Source: Thermoplasmata archaeon (GTDB lineage: Archaea; Thermoplasmatota; JASEFT01; JBBABA01). Taken from it: DNA of 64,000 nucleotides. The notes beneath the pieces were generated by a model, which searched no databases, was not told where the DNA came from, and saw only the letters and a program-made list of their open reading frames with translations. This document shows, in pieces, positions 49,023 to 58,938 of the stretch (positions within the stretch are counted from its first letter, which is position 1; every line of letters begins with the position of its first letter). Made by a program: the position numbers and the translations under genes. The stretch lies in NCBI GenBank assembly GCA_041657955.1, contig JBBABA010000001.1:106419-170418 (forward strand). The letters run 5' to 3'.

Positions 49023-50011
49023 TCTAAATCACTCAATATCTTCAAAATTTCATTTTTAGACAAAAGCTTCATATCGCACGAGTTTTTGATACTTTTTACT
49101 TTCTTCAAACCATTTAGACTTTCCAAGTCGGGGTCTGTTATTTGAGGAGATACGACATAGATATCCTCTCCTTCGTATGCTCTTGACATCTCTTCTTCAG
49201 TCATAATCTCTTCATACATTTTTTCGCCCGCTCTTCGTCCAATGATTTCCTTTGAGGCTTTGCCATATTTCTCAATCATCGCCTCGGCTAAATCGTTTAT
49301 GTTTAGCGGTGGCATTTTAAAAATGAATATCTCTCCCCCCCTAGCCATGATGCCAGATAATAGAACCAATTCGATCGCTTTATCTTTCGATATGATGAAC
49401 CTTGTCATTTCTGGATCTGTTATCGTTATTTTTTTGTTCTCTAATATCTGCTTTTTAAATAGTGGAATAACAGAGCCCGTAGAGCCAGCTACATTTCCAA
49501 ATCTGCAACACGCAAAAATAGTTGTGCGTCCACCATATTCATTGCCCGCAATCATCAGTTTTTCTGCGAGCAATTTTGTCGTTCCCATAGTGTTCGATGG
49601 GTTTGCCGCCTTGTCCGAACTTGTATATACCACTTTTTTTACTTTTTTCTCTATTGCTGCCTGGATAACATTCGCAGTGCCAGTTATATTTGTTTCGATA
49701 GCGTCTAATGGGTTATATTCACACTCTTCGACATGCTTATATGATGCCGTGTGAAAGACAATGTCTATGCCATTTAACGCGTATTGCAATCTAGTTAAAT
49801 TTCGAACGTCTCCTAATAAAAATCTTAAACACCCTGTTTCGTCACGATATTTCTGGCGTAAATCGAAAAGCCCGTTTTCATGTACGTCGAAAATTCTAAT
49901 AACTTTTGGTTCAAATTTTATTAGTTTTTCTATTAGTAATCTGCCGATATACCCTGCTCCACCAGTGATTAAAATTTTCTTATCCTTGTAAAAACTTTTC
50001 ATAGACACCAT
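49019..50011 (-). CDS. UDP-GlcNAc 4,6-dehydratase (PseB/FlaA1/CapD family)
   Basis: ITGGAGYIG, KHVEECEYNP, SSDKA, RFGNVAGSTGSVIP, TDPEMTRF, GEKMYE; start set at 50011. Confidence 0.9.
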   Translation of the reverse strand: MVSMKSFYKDKKILITGGAGYIGRLLIEKLIKFEPKVIRIFDVHENGLFDLRQKYRDETGCLRFLLGDVRNLTRLQYALNGIDIVFHTASYKHVEECEYNPLDAIETNITGTANVIQAAIEKKVKKVVYTSSDKAANPSNTMGTTKLLAEKLMIAGNEYGGRTTIFACCRFGNVAGSTGSVIPLFKKQILENKKITITDPEMTRFIISKDKAIELVLLSGIMARGGEIFIFKMPPLNINDLAEAMIEKYGKASKEIIGRRAGEKMYEEIMTEEEMSRAYEGEDIYVVSPQITDPDLESLNGLKKVKSIKNSCDMKLLSKNEILKILSDLE

Positions 50012-50267
50012 AGATACATCTCCGATTGGATATAATAAGCGAAAACCACTCCATGTATATAAATTAAATGCTAGAAAGTACCAAAAATCCACACACTTAT
50101 TCTCTATGTATTCTTTGTACCTAAACACTTATCTGATTTTCTTTTATGTACGAACATAGCGGTCACTTATGGCATCAAATAACTCTAGCCATAACGTTTC
50201 GATTTTATAACATTCGAAAAAGTAGGTAGAGCGTTTTATAACTTCCCAGAGAATCGTCAATTTATTG

Positions 50268-51137
50268 CTATAAAAATATGATTGTACTGCCCTTTATTGG
50301 ATACTCTCTTCTACATTTTGAGCAGGTATACGAATTTGTCGAAAAAACAAAACCACCTTTACAATTTGGACACCATATTATTGATTCAATTGCCTTTTGT
50401 TTATTGTTATATACCACATCGTGTCTCTGTCCTTCCTTCTCTGCAACGAGAAGCCAACATTGGGGGAAATTAGTTGTCGTAGAGTAGACTTCCAAATAAT
50501 CGAACAGAGGTATCAGGAAGAATTTAAAAACACCCTTCACACCATTCAATAATATTTTAGCAAAGAGACTATCACATTTCGTTTGTCCAAGTACTTGATA
50601 TGCCCATCTTATTCCGGTATAGAGTGGTTTATTTGATGGGAGTATCGAAACAACCTTCAACCCACTTTTCTCACATAAATATTTCAATCCATAACTAGTA
50701 TATCTGAAAAAATCATAAGGTACTTGGTGTTCACACATTACAAACGGGACGTATAGAAAGAGCTTTCCACCCGGTTTGAGGACTCTTTTTACTTCCCCAA
50801 AAAAGCGAAAAGGCTCTGCTATATGTTCTAATGTAGTAGTATTTAAAATAAAATCAACACCCCCATCCTTAATGAAATTAATTCTCGTAATGTCACACAT
50901 AAAATCTAGTTTGGAGTACTCCCACTTAGCGTCACCTTTTCCAAAATCCGCTGATAAATAATTGCAGTGCTCAAAGAAAAAGTTATAACGACATTCCCCC
51001 GCCCCCAAATCGAGTAAAATGCTCCCACGTGATATCTGTTCTTTAGCATTCATAAGAAATTCAAAAATAGATATCGACTGGGCATCATCTGTCCATCCTA
51101 ATTTTTTAAATCTATCAAATAATTCGTTGCGTTCTAT
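50268..51137 (-). CDS. Class I SAM methyltransferase with C-terminal Trm112-like Zn motif; apparent ATA start
   Basis: LDLGAGE, LEHI, LKPGG, PYDFFRYT, CPNC..CSKC..YPI; AGGAGG SD upstream of ATA 51137 (track start is ATG 51053). Confidence 0.8.
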   Translation of the reverse strand: MERNELFDRFKKLGWTDDAQSISIFEFLMNAKEQISRGSILLDLGAGECRYNFFFEHCNYLSADFGKGDAKWEYSKLDFMCDITRINFIKDGGVDFILNTTTLEHIAEPFRFFGEVKRVLKPGGKLFLYVPFVMCEHQVPYDFFRYTSYGLKYLCEKSGLKVVSILPSNKPLYTGIRWAYQVLGQTKCDSLFAKILLNGVKGVFKFFLIPLFDYLEVYSTTTNFPQCWLLVAEKEGQRHDVVYNNKQKAIESIIWCPNCKGGFVFSTNSYTCSKCRREYPIKGSTIIFL

Positions 51138-51181
51138 ATAACTTCCTCCTTAAGCCCAATTATGTTGTTTTATGCCTCTAT

Positions 51182-52264
51182 TTATCCATTAATCTGAATA
51201 AACGAATTTTCCCCAAGCACCAGTCTGTGCCCTCTCGGAAGGCTGCCTTTTACAGAAGAGATCACAGAATTCCTTCCGATCAAACTATCAATTATCTTGT
51301 TCCCGCACTCTATCTTACAGTCGCCTATAATTATACTTGCCTCTATTTCGCTATTTGTAATTGTAGTGTTGTCACCGATTGATGTATATGGGCCGATATA
51401 TGCGTTAGGCCCGATTTTACAATTTTTGCCTATGATTGCCGGACCTCTGACAACACTTCCTTCATATATAGTAGTATTTTCACCGATGCCGACCCTTCCT
51501 TTTATGACTGCCCCATCCATAATTTTGCCTTTATTATATGGAACCAAATCGTCAAGAACTAAATGGCTGGCTTCCAGTATGTCTTCTGGCTTTCCAGTAT
51601 CCTTCCACCAACCCTCTACTAGGTATGCGTGAACGCGGTATTTTCTCTTAACGAGTTCGTGGATGGCATCCGTGATTTCCAACTCGCCTCTCCATGAGGG
51701 TTTTAATGTTTTTATCATCTCAAAGATCAGCGGCGTGAAGAAATATATACCAGTGAGCGCAAGATCACTCTTCGGTTTCTTTGGTTTTTCCTCCAGGGAC
51801 AGTATTTTTCCGTTCTTATCCAACTCCGCTACACCAAATCTCTGGGGCTCTTTTACTTTACAGAGGGCAACAGCACCATCATATCCATTTTTTTTAAAAT
51901 CCTCAACCATCTTCTTTATTCCGCCTCGCAGAACATTGTCACCAAGATAAACAACGAAAGGATCTTTTCCGATGAATGGTCTAGCACAAGCAACAGCATG
52001 GGCGATGCCTCTCGGGGCGCCTTGCTCCATGTAGGTAATTTCCACTCCGAAATCTGAGCCGTCTTTCAGAAGCTCCTTGACTTTGCCTGGCATATTGTCT
52101 CCGAGAATCACGCACAAATCTTTTATTCCTGCATCTCTCAGGTCCTCTAAGCAATACAAGATATTCGGTTTATTTGCTATCGGGATTAGTTGTTTTGGGC
52201 CCGTGTGTGTTAATGGGCGCAAGCGCGTGCCGGAGCCGCCGGAAAGTATTACTCCCTTCATCAT
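51182..52264 (-). CDS. rfbA: Glucose-1-phosphate thymidylyltransferase, long form
   Basis: LSGGSGTRLRPLTHTGPKQL, YLGDN, RGELEITD, WWKDTG, hexapeptide tail. Confidence 0.92.
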   Translation of the reverse strand: MMKGVILSGGSGTRLRPLTHTGPKQLIPIANKPNILYCLEDLRDAGIKDLCVILGDNMPGKVKELLKDGSDFGVEITYMEQGAPRGIAHAVACARPFIGKDPFVVYLGDNVLRGGIKKMVEDFKKNGYDGAVALCKVKEPQRFGVAELDKNGKILSLEEKPKKPKSDLALTGIYFFTPLIFEMIKTLKPSWRGELEITDAIHELVKRKYRVHAYLVEGWWKDTGKPEDILEASHLVLDDLVPYNKGKIMDGAVIKGRVGIGENTTIYEGSVVRGPAIIGKNCKIGPNAYIGPYTSIGDNTTITNSEIEASIIIGDCKIECGNKIIDSLIGRNSVISSVKGSLPRGHRLVLGENSFIQING

Positions 52265-52274
52265 AGTAACCGCT

Positions 52275-52721
52275 TCAGTTTATTTTAATGTCCCAGCTAT
52301 ATGGTATTTTGTTCGTGTTATATTCCAGTCTTTCTTCATCTGGATTTTTATAATCATACACTTTATCTGGGAAATTCAACAGGATTACTGGCTTATCGCT
52401 TATTGCCTTGAAACCATGCCAGTTGCTGCCGTCTATCGTAAGGGCCACCATGTTGTCCTCACCTATGAAATGCTCGTTTAATTCTTTGGTTTTTTCATCA
52501 TAGACGCACACTTTTGCCATCCCCTGGATTACTATAAACGTATCCGTTTGTTTGGTTTTTGGATGGCGATGCCATGCGCGGATTACGCCTTTTTGAGTTA
52601 CAGAGTAATAACACATAGCGAACGGATAGTAATAATCGCCGTCCGATCTTATCAATTCGCAGAGATACCCTCTCTCATCGCAATGTTTTTTCAGCTGTCT
52701 TATCAAAGTTCCCTTTATCAT
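52275..52721 (-). CDS. rfbC: dTDP-4-dehydrorhamnose 3,5-epimerase (cupin)
   Basis: DERGYLCE, GVIRAWHRH, WHGF, PDEER. Confidence 0.88.
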   Translation of the reverse strand: MIKGTLIRQLKKHCDERGYLCELIRSDGDYYYPFAMCYYSVTQKGVIRAWHRHPKTKQTDTFIVIQGMAKVCVYDEKTKELNEHFIGEDNMVALTIDGSNWHGFKAISDKPVILLNFPDKVYDYKNPDEERLEYNTNKIPYSWDIKIN

Positions 52722-52722
52722 C

Positions 52723-53451
52723 TTATCTTCCTCCAAGCAATTTTTTAACATCAATTATCGAGTTCAATTTTGTACAGTCTAGACTACAATCCCTCGGTAG
52801 TGGAAGAGGTATTTTGTCTAATGTGGTCTCCTGTAGATTTGGTGTCAATTTCTTAGCCCATTCATATATATTAAATTTTCCATTTCCGATGTGGTATATA
52901 CCAGTAGCCTTTCTTTCTATTAACGCTAAGAGTATCTGGGCAAACTCATCGTAATAGAGAAGGGATTGAAACATATCTATAGGTGCAACCGGATGTTTCC
53001 AAGGTCCTCGTGCTTTCATCGTACCTCTAATTATTAGATGTTGGGGTGCTCTTTTAACTTCAAATTCTCCCAATAATTTAGTTAGTGCGAAGAAATTTTT
53101 TGGATTTGGAAAGTCTGTTTCCCTATACATCCCTTTCTCGCCATCAAATACATAATCCGTAGATGTATAGATGAGATAGATGTTGTGTTCACGACAAGCA
53201 TCTGCGATGTATTGCGTGCCTGTTACATGCACATTGTACACTTCCTGGCGATTTTTCTCACAGTAATTTAAGTTTGTATTTGCAGCGAGGTGGATACAGA
53301 TTGTGGGTTGATATTTTGAAAACGCCTCTTTAACGTGTTTTTCATTTGTTATATCCATTTCCTGACGCCCCAAACAAATTAATCCCTTCTTCATCTGTTT
53401 AAGGGTAGTAGCAAGTTTACCGTTTCCACCCGTTACCAATATTGTTTCCAT
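52723..53451 (-). CDS. rfbD: dTDP-4-dehydrorhamnose reductase-like SDR
   Basis: VTGGNGKL, HLAANT, STDYVFDG, ALTKLLGE. Confidence 0.8.
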   Translation of the reverse strand: METILVTGGNGKLATTLKQMKKGLICLGRQEMDITNEKHVKEAFSKYQPTICIHLAANTNLNYCEKNRQEVYNVHVTGTQYIADACREHNIYLIYTSTDYVFDGEKGMYRETDFPNPKNFFALTKLLGEFEVKRAPQHLIIRGTMKARGPWKHPVAPIDMFQSLLYYDEFAQILLALIERKATGIYHIGNGKFNIYEWAKKLTPNLQETTLDKIPLPLPRDCSLDCTKLNSIIDVKKLLGGR

Positions 53452-53591
53452 TATTACACCATTTTGATTCCATATTAGTCTACTCATAAATATAATTAAT
53501 GTTGCCAAAAATCATTTAACTGTCTATTCTATTCCCTACAATAATATAAATAAACTATCAATCATATAGATGAAAACCTAGGTGTGAGAGT

Positions 53592-54560
53592 ATGACGACG
53601 ATCTTAGTAACCGGTGGTATGGGGTTCATCGGCAGTAATTTCATAAGATGCGCTCTGAACAAATATAAAGATTATAAAATTATAAATCTTGACAAACTCA
53701 CGTATGCTGGCAATCTAGACAATCTGAAAGATATCAAAGATAAAAGATACCGCTTCGTTAAAGGGGACATTTGTAACAGAAAGATTGTAGATACTCTTAT
53801 GAAAAAATCAGATATTGTTATAAATTTTGCCGCAGAAACCCATGTAGACCGATCAATCCTCGATGCTGGTGTATTTGTAAAAACAGACGTCTTAGGTACC
53901 TACACGCTCCTCGAATCTGCAAAAAGATACAATATAAAAAAATTCCTCCAAATATCTACAGACGAAGTCTATGGAAGCGTTGATACTGGTTCGTTTTTAG
54001 AATCTTCGCCACTTTCCCCAAATAGTCCTTATGCGGCAAGTAAAGCCAGTGCAGACTTACTCGTTCGTTCCTATTATGCAACTTACAAATTCCCAGTTTT
54101 GATCACTAGAAGCTCTAATAATTTCGGGCCATATCAATATCCCGAGAAACTTATACCATTGTTCGTTACAAATGCTATTGACAACCTTCCTCTACCAGTG
54201 TATGGTGATGGTATGAATGTCCGTGACTGGTTGTATGTTACGGACAATTGTGAAGCGATAGACGCAGTGTTACAATCCGGAGAAATTGGGGGAATTTACA
54301 ATATCGGCGGCGGGAACGAAAAAACAAATTTGGAAATAACTAATCGTATATTAAAACGGCTAGGCAAACCAGAAAAACTCATAATGTTTGTAAAGGACAG
54401 GCCGGGGCACGATAGGAGATATTCCATAGGCTGTTCGAAAATTAAAAAAATGGGATGGAAAACAAAATACAGTTTCGAGGATGCTTTGAATAAAACTATC
54501 GACTGGTATGTAGAAAACGAGTGGTTGTGGCGAAAGCTCAAGAAGAGGAAGGATTTTTAA
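53592..54560 (+). CDS. rfbB: dTDP-glucose 4,6-dehydratase
   Basis: LDKLTYAGN, AAETHVDRSI, STDEVYG, PEKLIP, DRPGHDRRY. Confidence 0.95.
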   Translation: MTTILVTGGMGFIGSNFIRCALNKYKDYKIINLDKLTYAGNLDNLKDIKDKRYRFVKGDICNRKIVDTLMKKSDIVINFAAETHVDRSILDAGVFVKTDVLGTYTLLESAKRYNIKKFLQISTDEVYGSVDTGSFLESSPLSPNSPYAASKASADLLVRSYYATYKFPVLITRSSNNFGPYQYPEKLIPLFVTNAIDNLPLPVYGDGMNVRDWLYVTDNCEAIDAVLQSGEIGGIYNIGGGNEKTNLEITNRILKRLGKPEKLIMFVKDRPGHDRRYSIGCSKIKKMGWKTKYSFEDALNKTIDWYVENEWLWRKLKKRKDF

Positions 54561-54683
54561 CAAAATTATAAAAAATAATAGAGTATTCGTGGGATTTGGC
54601 GAAAGGGTGAGTCAGAGAATATTAAAAATACTTTAAAACATATAGCTTTTTAGAGGTATATTACGCATTATTCGGAGAATTCA

Positions 54684-55802
54684 ATGAAAATCATATATAC
54701 CGTCGAGTCTAAGATCATCCACAACTATAGATTCATAAACAAATTTATCGAGAAAGGCTACGAAGTATATATAATAAACTTCGGCTACGATAAGTATGAC
54801 GATATACCCGGGGCAACTGTCATAAACAAGACAAGGCGTTTTGCGAACATACCCTGGATCCGCGGCATAATCTGGAAGCTGTTTTATTTCCTTGACATAT
54901 GGTTCTTAAAAAAGCAGATAGATACGATAAAGCCCGACGTCCTCCACGGCGGCTGGGTGCTTCGCGACGGGTATTTTTGCGCCGCAACCGGTTTTCACCC
55001 TTTTATTTTGATGCCATGGGGCTCGGATATACTAATCCACCCGAATAGATCGCGCATTGCCAAACGAAAGGTAAAATACGCAATAGCCAAAGCAGACATG
55101 ATAACATGCGATGCAGAATACGTGAAAAAACGGATAATGGAGCTTCAGCCGTTTGACCCAGACAAAATAATAGTCTTTCCTTGGGGCATAGATCTAAAGA
55201 AATTCAACCCGAATTACGACCGCCGAGCGATAAGAGACAGACTCGGCATCAGCGATGAAAAGATAGTTCTGATAACGAGGAGCCTTGAGCCAATCTATGG
55301 CTTAGAGTACCTCTTAACCGCAATTCCAAAGGTTCTGGAAAGGCATCCGAACACAAGATTCGTATTCTGTGGAGGCGGTTCTCTACAGAATGTGTGCAAC
55401 GAGTTCATAAATAACAACAATCTATCTGGCAAGGTTTTCCTAATGGGTGCAGTCAAGAACGAAGAACTCCCTCTCTTTCTTTGCACTGCAGATGTCTGGG
55501 CGTCACCCTCTTTAAGCGACGGCACGCCCGTTTCACTTCTCGAAGCAATGGCTTGCGGTTTGCCAGTAATAGTCACGGACAATACGCCTGTGTTGGAGTG
55601 GGTGACGGACGGGGTAAATGGTCTGGTAATTCAGAAAAAGGATCCTCATGCAATTTTTGAAAGCGTATGCAAACTTTTAGATGATGAAGAATTAAGAAAA
55701 AAGTTTGGTGAAGAAAATCTGAAAATCGCAAAGGAAAGAGCCGACTGGGAAAAGAATTTTGCAAAATTAGAAGAGATGTACCAGAAGTTACTTGCAACTT
55801 AA
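54684..55802 (+). CDS. Glycosyltransferase family 4
   Basis: PWGSDI, FPWGID, TRSLEPIYG, SDGTPVSLLEAMACG. Confidence 0.92.
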   Translation: MKIIYTVESKIIHNYRFINKFIEKGYEVYIINFGYDKYDDIPGATVINKTRRFANIPWIRGIIWKLFYFLDIWFLKKQIDTIKPDVLHGGWVLRDGYFCAATGFHPFILMPWGSDILIHPNRSRIAKRKVKYAIAKADMITCDAEYVKKRIMELQPFDPDKIIVFPWGIDLKKFNPNYDRRAIRDRLGISDEKIVLITRSLEPIYGLEYLLTAIPKVLERHPNTRFVFCGGGSLQNVCNEFINNNNLSGKVFLMGAVKNEELPLFLCTADVWASPSLSDGTPVSLLEAMACGLPVIVTDNTPVLEWVTDGVNGLVIQKKDPHAIFESVCKLLDDEELRKKFGEENLKIAKERADWEKNFAKLEEMYQKLLAT

Positions 55803-55910
55803 AACTCTTCTGGTTTTCATACGATCCTAGTATTTCGCTCTGCACTATTGATTTACAAAATAATAAAATTAAACGTGTTATTGCAAAATCTTTAGCCCCG
55901 TCAAAAGCAT

Positions 55911-56816
55911 CTACTTGACGTTTTTCTTGTACCATTCGATATATCTCTTTGCCCCTTCCTCGAAGTCTACTTTTGGCTTCCATCCCAGTTCTTTCTCTGC
56001 TCTTTTACCGGATACGTTCTTTCCGCCATAGTCTCCAGGTCTTGCCTCTTTATACTCTATTTTTACATTGCCAAGCAACTTCTTAACTGTTTCTGCAACT
56101 TCTTTAACAGTTACTCCCCTCATGCCTTCAAGATTGTACGTCCTGTTCTTTGCAGCATCCTTCAGTGCAGCTACGTTTCCCTCTGCCAGATCCTCGACGT
56201 ATATGAAATTTCTATACTGGGAGCCATCGCCTTGTATGGTCAACGACTCGCCGTTTAGTGCCTTTTTTACGAATATTGACAAAACGGTTCCGCCTCTTGC
56301 TCTGGGCCCATACGGAATGCCATATCTTAAGATAGTGAAGTTCTGGTTGTATAGTTTCTGGTAGCTATGGCAATATAGTTCTGCTGCGACTTTTGACGAT
56401 GTATATACATGATCTGCCTTTTCAACGTGTAGCGGCGTGCTCTCGTCAACATCTGTCTCGGAAGCAAGTCCGTATACCCATACTGTACTGGCAAGCACAA
56501 CCCGCCCTATGTTGTTCCTCTTTGCAGCCTCAAGCACATTTGCCACACCCATTATGTTTATCTCTCCCGCTTCGATCGGATTCTTATAAACATCATTCAC
56601 ATCCGCCATTGCGGCTAGAAGATAAACAGCATCGTAATCACCAGTCAACGCAACAGTAGTTTTAGAAAGATTAGTGATATCTATGTATATGTGGCGGACA
56701 TCATCTCTGTGCGGTTTCATAATGTCGAATACCGTGACATCGTGTCCATGGGCGACTAGCTTGTCCACAACGTGCGTACCGATAAATCCAGAACCGCCTA
56801 TTACTCCAACTTTCAT
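55911..56816 (-). CDS. NAD-dependent epimerase/dehydratase
   Basis: GGSGFIG, ASTVWVY, YTSSK, RYGIPYGPR. Confidence 0.9.
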   Translation of the reverse strand: MKVGVIGGSGFIGTHVVDKLVAHGHDVTVFDIMKPHRDDVRHIYIDITNLSKTTVALTGDYDAVYLLAAMADVNDVYKNPIEAGEINIMGVANVLEAAKRNNIGRVVLASTVWVYGLASETDVDESTPLHVEKADHVYTSSKVAAELYCHSYQKLYNQNFTILRYGIPYGPRARGGTVLSIFVKKALNGESLTIQGDGSQYRNFIYVEDLAEGNVAALKDAAKNRTYNLEGMRGVTVKEVAETVKKLLGNVKIEYKEARPGDYGGKNVSGKRAEKELGWKPKVDFEEGAKRYIEWYKKNVK

Positions 56817-57931
56817 GCTAACACCTTCTTCAAAGAATCTATGACGAAATTGCCCATTTCATCAGTCATTGTCGGGAATAACGGCAAGCATACTTGCCTC
56901 GCACAGACGTCTTCTGCCACTGGAAAATCGCCCTGTTTATATCCCATTTTCATAAATATCGGTTGCAGGTGCAACGGAAGCTCATAGACTTCACCAGACA
57001 AACTGACCTCATACTGTTCCCTCAATTTTTGTTTAATCGCCTTTCTATCCAGTCCCTTATCCAAGATAGCGATGTATTTGTAATAATTTGTATGGGAGTT
57101 TGATGGGATTTTTAATGAAGTTATGTGCGGAACGTTCTTTAAACCCTCGTCGTATATCTTGGCAACCCTTCTTCTGTCTGCTATGAAACTCTCCAGTCTC
57201 TTGAGTTGAGAAACACCGATGGCGGCATGAACCTCTGAAAGTCTCCAATTGTATCCCATTTCAGTATGGAGATTTGCTGTGAAACCAGATTTGCCTTGGT
57301 CTCTAAACACCATCGCTCTGTCATAAATTATCTTGTCGTTAGTTACTATCATTCCTCCTTCCGCAGATGTCATGACTTTCGTTGGATAGAATGAAAAACT
57401 ACCTGCTAATCCAAACGTTCCTGCGTGTTTGCCGTTAAGTTTACTCCCGTGGGCATGTGCTGCATCCTCAAAGAAGATTATTCCTTTTTTTTCGCAGAAT
57501 TCCTTGAGCTCTTCAGTGTCAGGTGCAATATTTCCTCCGATATGGACAGACACCACCGCTTTTGTTTTTTTGGTTATTTGCTTCTTTACTGTTTCTAAAC
57601 TTATTGCATGAGTGTTCGGATCTACGTCTGCGAATTTTACTTTGCCGCCTGCGTGAACTACGCCGAATGCGGTTGCTGCGAACGTGTTGGTTGGTACTAT
57701 TACTTCTTTGCCACTCACGTCGAAAATACGCATAGGTATCTCTATAGAGCTTGTTCCGCTATTCACCGCTACAGCGTATTTTGTTCCTATCGTAGAGGCA
57801 AACTTTTCTTCAAATTCTTTCGTGTATTTCCCCAGGGTAAGCTGTCCAGATTCCAGTATTCCATCAATCTGTTTTAAGAGGACTTCCCTGTCTTCCTTCG
57901 GAAAGCATATCTTTGCTGCAGGTACCTTCAT
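56813..57931 (-). CDS. DegT/DnrJ/EryC1/StrS sugar aminotransferase
   Basis: AVNSGT, EDAAHAHG, SFYPTKVMTSAEGG, GYNWRLSE; start corrected to 57931. Confidence 0.92.
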   Translation of the reverse strand: MKVPAAKICFPKEDREVLLKQIDGILESGQLTLGKYTKEFEEKFASTIGTKYAVAVNSGTSSIEIPMRIFDVSGKEVIVPTNTFAATAFGVVHAGGKVKFADVDPNTHAISLETVKKQITKKTKAVVSVHIGGNIAPDTEELKEFCEKKGIIFFEDAAHAHGSKLNGKHAGTFGLAGSFSFYPTKVMTSAEGGMIVTNDKIIYDRAMVFRDQGKSGFTANLHTEMGYNWRLSEVHAAIGVSQLKRLESFIADRRRVAKIYDEGLKNVPHITSLKIPSNSHTNYYKYIAILDKGLDRKAIKQKLREQYEVSLSGEVYELPLHLQPIFMKMGYKQGDFPVAEDVCARQVCLPLFPTMTDEMGNFVIDSLKKVLA

Positions 57932-58076
57932 AAATGCCACCTTTTTGTGGATGTGATTACCGTTTGTTTCTTTATATAGTTTCTGTAAAAGATACTGGTT
58001 CTGGCCACGTATTGTCATCTGGGTTGTTCTTGGATATTTGCCAAAACTTTTTAAACAAATTGTCCGATCTCTTTCT

Positions 58077-58526
58077 ATGGGCAGAAAAAGAAGGTATATG
58101 ATTTCGAGATGTATCTCTCTGGACAGACTAGAAAAGATGATAAAAGAAAAAGAACTTGAAGCACGTATTTTAAAAAGGCTATATTTTATACGGTGGCTGT
58201 ATGAGTGCAACAATATCGAAAAAGCTGTTAAAAAAACCAAGATTACAAAAGCCACAGGGTATGCGTGGTTGCGTAGATGGAATGAGAAAGGCTATGATGG
58301 GTTGCTACCGAATTTTAGAGGCGGCAGGCCATCCAAACTCCATGATGTGCAAAAAAACGACTTGACATCAGTACTTACCAAAAGGAACAGATGGACTATT
58401 GTCGATGTTCAGGATTTAATAAAGAAACGATACGATGTTCATTACTCTAGTAGCCAGGTAAGGCGCTTGTTAACGTTGTTTGGCATGAAAAGCAAGAATA
58501 CCTATTCGCGCTATTATCGCTACTGA
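58077..58526 (+). mobile_element. IS630-family transposase HTH region only (no DDE part seen)
   Basis: RILKRLYFIRWLY, TGYAWLRRWNEKGYDGLLPNFRGGRPSKL, YSSSQVRRLL..FGM. Confidence 0.75.
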
Positions 58527-58938
58527 ATGCAATTAATCCGATTACTGGATAATAAGTTTAATTTATTTAGATAAATTTAAAAAAGAGGAATATTGGAACA
58601 ATATGTCTGTTAAATGCACTTTGACGGTTCAGTTTTTCTAAATATAAAATTCGAGTTGTTTATTTTGTCGAAAACAAAAAGTTAACATAGAATTCAACAT
58701 AACGTCTGTTATTCAAACGGTCAACGAAACAGTAGCGAGTGTCGGATAGGTGAATGTCCAGTTGAGCTGGTGGGTGTATAAACATTCTTAAGTCGATGAC
58801 CTTGCTTTTCAACAGTGTATAGGAAAAAATATATACAAAATGACAAATAGAGATGATGCCATGCATAAAGAGAAAAAGTTCGAACCAAATGAGGAGAAAA
58901 AGAGCACCGATGGGTGTTGATGGAAACGGGGGAAGAGC

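Noticed and set aside
57932..58255. N-terminal extension of the DegT aminotransferase
   Set aside because: It is antisense to the IS630 HTH ORF; the family N-terminus begins at 57931.
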